NCBI GenBank assembly: GCA_963779235.1
Contig: CAVZXI010000014.1
Span: 72,337 to 136,336 of the forward strand
Reading direction: 5' to 3'
Origin: Pyrinomonadaceae bacterium
Lineage (GTDB): Bacteria; Acidobacteriota; Blastocatellia; Pyrinomonadales; Pyrinomonadaceae
DNA: 64,000 nt
The notes beneath the pieces were generated by a model. That model saw nothing but the letters and a program-made list of their open reading frames with translations. It ran no database searches and was not told the origin of the DNA. Position 1 is the first letter of the stretch; every line of letters begins with the position of its first letter. Position numbers and translations under genes: made by a program. Positions 9,415 through 16,780 of this stretch are shown in pieces.

Positions 9415-9431
9415 TTCACAAAAGGAGGTTT

Positions 9432-9884
9432 ATGAGCGAAAAGAAAGTTATAAAATTTTATATGCCGACCGATGAATACGGCGTGTTTTCTAACTTTTCA
9501 CGTCATCGAATTTTCTTGAAAGACAAAGTTTGGCGAACGATTGAGCATTATTTCCAAGCACAAAAGTTTGCAGGAAAGAAGCAAGAAGAGGAAATTCGAC
9601 GAGCATTTACGCCAAAACAAGCCGCACAAATCGGCAGAGACAGAAAAAATCCGCTGAGATTAGATTGGGAAGAAGTAAAAGTCGAAATTATGCGTGAAGC
9701 CTTAGTTGCAAAGTTCACACAACACAAAGATTTACGCGAGATTCTTATCAAAACCGAAGATGCTTTGCTAGTTGAACATACTCAAAAAGATAGTTTTTGA
9801 GGTGATGGCGGTTACTGACACGGTTTGAATATGTTAGGCAAACTTTTAATGGAAGTTCGTGAAGAATTGAGAGACGAAAGTTAG
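9432..9884 (+). pseudogene. NADAR (YbiA/DUF1768) family protein interrupted by two in-frame TGA codons
   Basis: FSNFS...WRTIEHYFQAQKF...LVEHT matches E. coli YbiA. Reading through TGA (9798-9800) and TGA (9816-9818) restores the conserved C-terminus GDGG...LGKLLMEVREEL, ending at TAG 9882-9884. The AAGGAGG RBS sits before the ATG at 9432. Confidence 0.7.
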
Positions 9885-9891
9885 GAATTAG

Positions 9892-9917
9892 CCACAGAGT
9901 GCACAGAGAACACGGAG
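9892..9917. repeat. CACAGAG-family repeat arm (left orientation)
   Basis: ccacagagtgcacagagaacacggag. Its 3' end supplies the GGAGG for the ORF starting at 9925. Confidence 0.8.
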
Positions 9918-9924
9918 GTTAAAA

Positions 9925-10494
9925 ATGGGACAAATATTTGAACTTATCGCGGATAATGCTTTAGAAAAATTGGATGACTATTATACAGAGTGTCATGTTT
10001 GTAATAAAACTGACTCTAATCTTTTTCAATATCATGGAAAATGTGAGTTTGAAAATGGTGAAATAGACAATGACATTTATGCAGTTTGTGCTGACTGTAT
10101 TTCTAGTAAGAACCTATCACACATCTGCGATTTTGAATATATAAAAACCATCACAAACTATCTTTCAAATAGAGGTTTAACAATTCAAGAACTAGACGAA
10201 CTAAAAACTAAATTAGTCGAAAAATATCAAAAGACACCAGATATTCCAAGTTTTTCGCAAACTCAAGATAGACCTTTATGTTGCAATGACTTGACTGAAT
10301 TCATTGGCTATCCAATAAATGATAAAGACCTTTATGAGAAAACTAAAAACTGCATTTATTGGGAATACGGGAAAGAATTCATATCTTCCCCCTATGACTT
10401 CAAAGATTCTGGAAGTCCCGAAAGTTTAACTGAAATAGCAACTTTTAAATGTTCACATTGTGAAAAGAAGTATTTCACCTTTCAATTTACATAA
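9925..10494 (+). CDS. CbrC/UPF0167-like Cys-rich protein
   Basis: CxxC-type motifs CHVCNK, CADCISS and CSHCEKK. The segments CCNDLTEFIGYP and FKCSHCEKKYFTFQFT parallel HCGDFCAFIGYV and FRCLHCGKLRLWGDFS of E. coli CbrC (recalled from memory). The ORF is AT-rich. Confidence 0.55.
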   Translation: MGQIFELIADNALEKLDDYYTECHVCNKTDSNLFQYHGKCEFENGEIDNDIYAVCADCISSKNLSHICDFEYIKTITNYLSNRGLTIQELDELKTKLVEKYQKTPDIPSFSQTQDRPLCCNDLTEFIGYPINDKDLYEKTKNCIYWEYGKEFISSPYDFKDSGSPESLTEIATFKCSHCEKKYFTFQFT

Positions 10495-10523
10495 TAAAAA
10501 ATCACAGGTGTTATTCTTAAAAT

Positions 10524-10549
10524 CTCTGTGAACTCTGTGTCCTCTGTGG
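10524..10549. repeat. CACAGAG-family repeat arm (right, reverse-complement orientation)
   Basis: ctctgtgaactctgtgtcctctgtgg. Its reverse complement, ccacagaggacacagagttcacagag, matches the left arm at 9892. Confidence 0.8.
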
Positions 10550-10602
10550 CAAAAATAAAAATATTAGGCTTTTAAGTAAAGAGCCGAACAGGAGTAGTAG
10601 AA

Positions 10603-11427
10603 ATGAAAAATATATCGTTGGTAGAAATCGCTATAGAAATACTTAAAATTATTGAAAGCGGTTTTTACACAAATAGTTTGGGAAAAGAAGTTTCGATTAA
10701 AGAAAAAACAGAGTTTGCCGTTAATAATTCGGAAAGTATTAGTCCAGAAAGTTTTCCGCAAGAATTTGATTTGGTAAAAATAAACGGAGAGACTCAATTT
10801 GAAGTTACAGACGAAACTACGCTTGAAGCAGCAAAGAGAGTTTGCAAAGAAAATGCGGACGAAAATCCATTTGTTCTAAATTTTGCCAACGGATTCCAAC
10901 CCGGCGGCGGATTTTTAGTTGGTGCGGTTGCTCAGGAAGAAAGTTTGGCTCGTGCATCTTCGCTTTATCCGTGTTTAACTGCAAATATGGATATGTATGA
11001 GTTTAACCAACGTCAACAAACTCAGTTTGCTTCGGATTGGATGATTTATTCGCCGCAAGTTCCGGTTTTTAGAAATAATGATGGAAGTTTTATTGATGAA
11101 CCATATTACGTTACATTTCTGACTTCGCCTGCGGTTTGTGTGAGAGGTTTAACCCAAGCAGAACTGGAAAACGGTGAATTGATTTATTCGGTCAATAAAG
11201 AGCGAATCAGAAAATTTCTGTGGTTAGCGAATCAAAAAGGACATCAAACTTTGATTCTAGGCGCGTGGGGTTGCGGAGCTTTTCGCAATAATGTTCAAGA
11301 CATTGCTGAAACTTTCAACGAATTATTGAAAAATGAATTCGCCAACTGTTTTGAACAGGTGATTTTCGCCATTTACGACACCGCACCAACGCAACAAGTT
11401 TATAAAACTTTTGTGGAAATTTTTTAG
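10603..11427 (+). CDS. TIGR02452-type macro-domain (microbial PARG/Poa1p-like) protein
   Basis: FANGFQPGGGFLVGAVAQEESLARASSLY and LGAWGCGAFRN are the characteristic blocks of this macro-domain family. Confidence 0.7.
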   Translation: MKNISLVEIAIEILKIIESGFYTNSLGKEVSIKEKTEFAVNNSESISPESFPQEFDLVKINGETQFEVTDETTLEAAKRVCKENADENPFVLNFANGFQPGGGFLVGAVAQEESLARASSLYPCLTANMDMYEFNQRQQTQFASDWMIYSPQVPVFRNNDGSFIDEPYYVTFLTSPAVCVRGLTQAELENGELIYSVNKERIRKFLWLANQKGHQTLILGAWGCGAFRNNVQDIAETFNELLKNEFANCFEQVIFAIYDTAPTQQVYKTFVEIF

Positions 11428-11438
11428 GAATATATTCA

Positions 11439-11462
11439 CCACAGAGGCACAGAGAAGACGGA
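11439..11462. repeat. CACAGAG-family repeat arm (left orientation)
   Basis: ccacagaggcacagagaagacgga, ending 6 nt before the ATG at 11469. Confidence 0.8.
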
Positions 11463-11468
11463 AATTTT

Positions 11469-11849
11469 ATGGAAATTAGTTTCTTAAATGTAGATTTTGT
11501 AATTGATTTATCTGAAAACTTACAGCCTTTATTTAATGAATTGGCTGAGAATGTTTCCGTAATGTTCAATGGCGAATGGGAAAACGATTTAAATCGCCTT
11601 TCATTTTGCATCAAAGATTCTTACGAAAAGAATGCTGATAAAATAATTTCGGAACTTTGTTTTTTGATTGAAAATCTTCCGTTTGAATCAAAATTGATTT
11701 GGAATAAATGTCATTCAAAAAAGTTTGACATTGGTTTTGAAAGCGGAAGTATCGAAAGACTTGAAACTGAAATTCGTGCTAAAACAGTCGAGCGAATTGC
11801 AAAACTCGGAGCCAGTATTTTAGTTACAATTTATCCAATGAATGATTGA
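11469..11849 (+). CDS. Hypothetical protein (possibly DUF4279-like)
   Basis: 126 aa AT-rich ORF. The C-terminal pattern FDIGF...IAKLGASILVTIYP resembles the DUF4279 ending. Weak, from memory only. Confidence 0.4.
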   Translation: MEISFLNVDFVIDLSENLQPLFNELAENVSVMFNGEWENDLNRLSFCIKDSYEKNADKIISELCFLIENLPFESKLIWNKCHSKKFDIGFESGSIERLETEIRAKTVERIAKLGASILVTIYPMND

Positions 11850-11852
11850 AAA

Positions 11853-11878
11853 TCTCTGTGTCCTCTGTGTCTCTGTGG
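11853..11878. repeat. CACAGAG-family repeat arm (right orientation)
   Basis: tctctgtgtcctctgtgtctctgtgg, starting 3 nt after the stop at 11849. Confidence 0.8.
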
Positions 11879-11930
11879 TGAAAAAAAGATTTAGGCTTTC
11901 AGGTAGAAAGCCGAAAATAGGAGAAAAATA

Positions 11931-13335
11931 ATGTTTGAAATAAATAGAATAATTGACACCGATTCGTATAAAGCGAGTCATTTTCTGCAATATCCGCCGA
12001 ATACGACGCTCGTGCATTCGTATTTGGAAAGTCGCGGTAGTGAGCGGAATTACAGCGAAACCGTTTTTTTTGGATTGCAATATCTTTTGAAAAGGTATTT
12101 TACACGACCATTTACCAAAGAAAATGTTATCGAAGCAAACGAAGTTATCACGGCACACGGCGAACCTTTTAATTTGAAAGGTTGGTTACGGTTGATTGAA
12201 AAACACAACGGAAAACTTCCTCTGCGGGTGCGTGCAGTGGCGGAAGGTTCGATTGTGCCAACTCGAAATGTTTTGATGACGGTGGAAAATACCGATGACG
12301 AATTTTTCTGGCTGACCGGCTGGTTTGAATCGCAACTGATGCGGCTTTGGTATCCAATAACTGTTTCAACGCAAAGCTATTACATCAAAAAAGACGTTTA
12401 TCAATTTTTGCAGGAAACGGCGGACGATGCCGATGCGGAAATTGGTTTCAAAGTTCACGATTTCGGCTCTCGCGGAGTTTCTTCGCAAGAAACGGCGGCA
12501 ATCGGCGGGGCGGCTCATCTGGTTAATTTTTTTGGCACAGACACGATGGCATCGTTGTTGATTCACCGCGAATTTTACAACTGCGAAATGGCAGGTTTTT
12601 CGATTCCGGCGGCGGAACATTCAACCATTACGAGTTGGGGCAGAGATAACGAAATTGAAGCATATCGCAATATTTTGAAACATTTTGCCAAGCCAAACGC
12701 TTTGGTGGCAGTAGTTTCCGACTCTTGGAACATTTACGAAGCAGTTGAAAAGATTTGGGGCGAACAGTTGAAACAAGAAGTTATTGATTCGGGTGCGACA
12801 ATCGTCATTCGTCCTGATTCGGGCGAACCTGTCGAAGTTGTCGGAAAAGTCGCGGAACTTTTGGGAAGTAAATTTGGGGTTGAAATCAATTCAAAAGGTT
12901 ACAAAGTTTTGAAAAATGTCCGCATTATCCAAGGCGACGGCGTGAATCCTGTTTCGATTCATAACATCTGCCAATCTTTGAAAGATAAAGGTTTTTCGAC
13001 TTCAAATATTGCATTTCGGAATCGGCGGTGCATTACTGCAAAAAATTGACCGCGACACGATGAAATTTGCTTATAAATGTTCGGCGATTGTCCGAGATAG
13101 CAAGTTGGTTGATGTGTATAAAGAGCCAATCACTGACAAAGGAAAGAATAGCAAACGCGGACGACTTGATTTGATTTTGGACGAAAACGGCGATTATAAA
13201 ACCGTCCAACTCGAATCAATCGAACAAGTTGCCGCTGAAAATTCACAACTAAAAACTGTTTTTGAAAATGGACAAGTTTTAGTTGACGACAATTTGGAGG
13301 CGATTCGCAAGCGAACTTGGGAAAGAAATGGATAG
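11931..13335 (+). pseudogene. nadV: Nicotinamide phosphoribosyltransferase (NadV/NAMPT) carrying a +1 frameshift
   Basis: Two abutting ORFs (11931..13049 and 13009..13335) together give a NAMPT-length protein. The conserved NIAFGIGGALLQK is split at gca ttt C gga atc ggc (extra base near 13017). Total length is 1405 nt, which equals 3n+1. Confidence 0.8.
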
Positions 13336-13420
13336 TTGATAATTGATAGTGGATAATTGATTTGAAATTTGAGATTGACTGTCTTTCTCATTATCCATTT
13401 TCAATTATCCATTTTCCATT
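13327..13420. repeat. Heptamer-periodic palindrome between convergent nadV and Omp85 genes
   Basis: gatagtt gataatt gatagtg gataatt (13331-13358) faces attatcc attttca attatcc attttcc (13390-13417). The nadV stop lies inside the left arm. Confidence 0.8.
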
Positions 13421-16400
13421 CTAAAACGACTGAGCAAATCTAAAATGCAGTTGACCACGTTTGGGCTGGAAAATCGCGTCAGGTGGAACAGCTTGTGGAA
13501 CAATAAACTTAGGGGGATTGAGCAGATAGCCGTAATCAATTGCCAACGAACCGCCGAAAGGTGTTTTGATTCTCAAGCCAAATCCGATGGTGTTTGTCCA
13601 AGTGGCTCGTAAATTGTCCTTAAAAGCATTTCCGCTTGCCCCTTGCAAAGGTTTGAAAATATCGCCCACTCGATTAAAGACGTTTCCGCCATCGTAAAAA
13701 GGAACGGCTTGTAATGAATCGGTGAGCGGAATTCGTGCTTCTAAATTTGTTATCGCCAAACCGTTTCCGCCAAAGGGAACGGTGAATGGATTGAGCGTCA
13801 CAATTTCACCCTTTTGATTGCGGAAAATTCCTTGTGGCATCACTACAATTCGCGGTCCCGCTGATTCAAAATCAAATCCCCGAAGCGTAGTCGAACCGCC
13901 CGCAAAAAATCTTTCGCTAATCGGCAAAGAGCCGTTGAAAACCTCTAAATCTCCCGTAAATTGTTGTTTTTTGTAGAAAACTGAACCAAGTCCGAGAATA
14001 ACGCGTCCTGCCAAAACCATATTATTTAGTTTTGGAAACTGATAATAAGTTTGATAATTCGCTTGAAATTTATGAAAGCCGACATTTGCCCCAAGTTGCG
14101 GCACGGAAATATTGTATTCAAGTGTGAGATAGCCGCCGCGAGTCGGATCGGACGGATTATAACGGCACGGATCGCCAAGTTCGCCTTTGGTAATCAATTC
14201 CAAAAGCGTATATTTTCTTGCACAATTTTCACGCGTATCGCGGACAAAAGTTGCGCCAAACCCCGAAATGCGAATTCTTTGATCGGGAATCAGCAAATCT
14301 TTTATGAGCAGACTTTCGATATTAAAAAGTCGAACGTCTTCATACCGATAGCGCAAAAATAGAAGGCTTCTATCCTTTTTGCTAATCGTTCGATTGGTTT
14401 CCGCCGTGAGCGTAAAACGATTGATGGTCGGGTCGCCAGTATTTGCGCCAAATTCATCAATCGGTTTTCCAGTTTCATCAATCCGCTGGACGATGCCAAA
14501 AGTTCCTTGGTCAAAAGCCGAGCGGAAAAATCTCGTAATAGTCGAATCGCGTTGGTATTGGGCGGTAATACTCAAAGGCGCAAAACGATTTTTGCCATCG
14601 GGGATAAAGCGCGGGTTGAGATAATCAAATTGGACGAGTTGTTGCCGTGCGCTCCAGCGGATTCGCGCTCCGCCCTGTTGGAGTTTGCCAAAAAGATTGA
14701 TGTGACGAATATCGAAAAAGCCTTGCCAACCTAAATCGGTGGAATATCCTCCGCCGTAGGTCATAATTCGCGGTTTTTGTTCTTCGAGATTGATGAGAAT
14801 GTCGCGCAGAGCATCGCCTGCAGAAGTTTCTCCGGCAGGCTCTTGTTTAATTTCCACCCGCCGAAAAACATCGGTGGCATAAAGATTTTGCTCACTAGAA
14901 AAAATATCGGTGGCGCGTAGAACCTCATCGGGACGCAGATTTATCGCAGTCAAAATGGATTTTCTATCGGTTCGCTCATTGCCATTGACCAAAATCCGAT
15001 TGATTAAAACCTTCTTTCCTTCTTGCTTGATGTCGTAAATAATTTTTACTTTTTCATCGGTTGAATTTGCATCTTTCGGCAAATTAACGATGGAAAATTC
15101 GATGTCTGCGTCAAAATAGCCTTCTTTGCGATAATAATCGGAAAGTTTTTGCGCGCCGTTTCGTGCTCGCGCCCGTGAGTAATTTTTCCCAACCAAATTC
15201 GGCAATTCACTTTTCAAAATATCGTCCACAAAAACTTTGTTTCCGGTAATTTCGATATTTTCGATATGAGTCGCAACACCTTCATTGACCACGAAAGTTA
15301 TAATCAAATTTTCTCCGTCAACCGAAGCCCCTTGTTTTGCCTTAACTATTGCATTTCGATAGCCGAGTTCGCGCATAATCGCTTCGATTCGCTGACGGTC
15401 TTCGTCTAAAATCTCGCTGCTAGTGTAGCCACGCCCATAACCGAGACGCGGAATGATGCCAATTAAACTCGCTTGTTCAGTATCCAAAATCGTAATAATT
15501 TCGGGAACGGTAATCTTTTTCGTGCCTTCGATGCGAATTTCTTTCAAACGTAATTGCCGATTGAGATTAACGCTGTAAGTAACATTGACATCTCGTTTAT
15601 CCAAATCCGCTCCGCTCAAATTTTCGCAAAGTTGGGTTGAATTATTGGCTATCGGATTGGCTTCATCCTTTGGAAATTCGGGCGTGACCGAACACAACTC
15701 TTCGACCTCGACAAAGAAATATCCCTTTTCCTGATAATAATTTCGCAAACGGCGCGAGCCTTCGCGGATGGCGGAAAAATCAAGCGTTCCTTCGCGCTTA
15801 ATTGGAAAAAGCAGTTCTTGGGTTTTCTCGCTGACTTTTCCCTTCGCAACCGCAACCTTAACTTCAATCTTTGCCCCAATCTCGCCTTTTAGTTCAATCG
15901 CAATCGTATTTTTATCCGCATCAAAAGTAACTTTCGGTTCTTCCAAAAGCGGTGCGAGATAATTTTGTTTGAGAATTGACTGTCGAATTTTTTCGACATC
16001 TTCCGCCAGTTTAATCCGCGAAAAATTCGAGCCGGTTTGGAGTTTGAGAAGTTTTTGAATTTTAGTTGCGTCAAAGCCTTTGATGTCAATCGCAAAATTT
16101 TCTACCCGTGATTGCGTGTTTGGCACAACCTGAAATGTGACCGCCACTCGATTTTCGTTTTCCAAAGGTTGTTGGGTAAAACTTACTTCGGCATTGTAAA
16201 AACCCCGTTCGCGCAGATAACTTTGAATCAAATCGGCGTTGTTACGAAGCACCTGCTCGCTGACGGAGGCTCCGAGGTTGAGGAGATTGAGTTTGAGGAG
16301 AAGCTCTTCTTCGGTCACGCTTTCACCGATGGTTGTCCCGATTTTGAAAAAGACTTTTTCAGCCTGAGTTTTGCGCTTGATGATAAAACGCAAATCCACC

Positions 16401-16774
16401 TCATTTTCCCCGACAATTGAGGCTTCGACCTGTGCCGAAACGATTTTGTCAGATTCATACAACTTGCCAATCGCTTCTCTGATTTTGACGGCTGAATATT
16501 TTTCGCCGAGCGCACCTCTTGCAATCAAACGAAATTGTTCGGCAGCCGAAATATCTTTATCCGTGCCTTCAAAAGTGATACTGACGTTCTTAATTTGGCG
16601 GTTTTCGTATTTATTTTGAGCGAGAGTATTTGAGGAAAAAAATAAACCACAGAGACACAGAGATACGGAGATTTTCAGCAAAAAACGAACGATAACAAAA
16701 AGCCATAAAGTTTTTTCGATCACCTTCTGACTTTTACTTTCTTTCCTCCGTGTCTCTGTGTCTCTGCGGTTCAT
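13421..16774 (-). CDS. Large Omp85/BamA-family protein (multi-POTRA), TamA/TamL-like partner of TamB
   Basis: 1117 aa with repeated POTRA-like units (I..I.I.GN..., ...Y...GY..A.V) and a C-terminal barrel ending FRFAQSF. The start lies 6 nt after the tamB stop. Confidence 0.8.
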   Translation of the reverse strand: MNRRDTETRRKESKSQKVIEKTLWLFVIVRFLLKISVSLCLCGLFFSSNTLAQNKYENRQIKNVSITFEGTDKDISAAEQFRLIARGALGEKYSAVKIREAIGKLYESDKIVSAQVEASIVGENEVDLRFIIKRKTQAEKVFFKIGTTIGESVTEEELLLKLNLLNLGASVSEQVLRNNADLIQSYLRERGFYNAEVSFTQQPLENENRVAVTFQVVPNTQSRVENFAIDIKGFDATKIQKLLKLQTGSNFSRIKLAEDVEKIRQSILKQNYLAPLLEEPKVTFDADKNTIAIELKGEIGAKIEVKVAVAKGKVSEKTQELLFPIKREGTLDFSAIREGSRRLRNYYQEKGYFFVEVEELCSVTPEFPKDEANPIANNSTQLCENLSGADLDKRDVNVTYSVNLNRQLRLKEIRIEGTKKITVPEIITILDTEQASLIGIIPRLGYGRGYTSSEILDEDRQRIEAIMRELGYRNAIVKAKQGASVDGENLIITFVVNEGVATHIENIEITGNKVFVDDILKSELPNLVGKNYSRARARNGAQKLSDYYRKEGYFDADIEFSIVNLPKDANSTDEKVKIIYDIKQEGKKVLINRILVNGNERTDRKSILTAINLRPDEVLRATDIFSSEQNLYATDVFRRVEIKQEPAGETSAGDALRDILINLEEQKPRIMTYGGGYSTDLGWQGFFDIRHINLFGKLQQGGARIRWSARQQLVQFDYLNPRFIPDGKNRFAPLSITAQYQRDSTITRFFRSAFDQGTFGIVQRIDETGKPIDEFGANTGDPTINRFTLTAETNRTISKKDRSLLFLRYRYEDVRLFNIESLLIKDLLIPDQRIRISGFGATFVRDTRENCARKYTLLELITKGELGDPCRYNPSDPTRGGYLTLEYNISVPQLGANVGFHKFQANYQTYYQFPKLNNMVLAGRVILGLGSVFYKKQQFTGDLEVFNGSLPISERFFAGGSTTLRGFDFESAGPRIVVMPQGIFRNQKGEIVTLNPFTVPFGGNGLAITNLEARIPLTDSLQAVPFYDGGNVFNRVGDIFKPLQGASGNAFKDNLRATWTNTIGFGLRIKTPFGGSLAIDYGYLLNPPKFIVPQAVPPDAIFQPKRGQLHFRFAQSF
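16647..16769. repeat. CACAGAG-family palindrome with 75-nt loop, inside the 5' end of the Omp85 ORF
   Basis: ccacagagacacagagatacggag (16647-16670) faces ctccgtgtctctgtgtctctgcgg (16746-16769); 22 of 24 positions are complementary. Confidence 0.85.
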
Positions 16775-16780
16775 ACTTCC

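Noticed and set aside
9798-9818. Genome-wide reassignment of TGA (to Trp or Gly) as the explanation for the in-frame TGAs in NADAR, the retropepsin-like gene and the IS.
   Set aside because: Many well-supported genes in the window terminate at TGA at the expected protein length (rdgB, tamB, ribBA, lpxA, lpxI, the ORF at 11469-11849). Trp is encoded by TGG throughout. Pseudogenisation or local read-through is more parsimonious.
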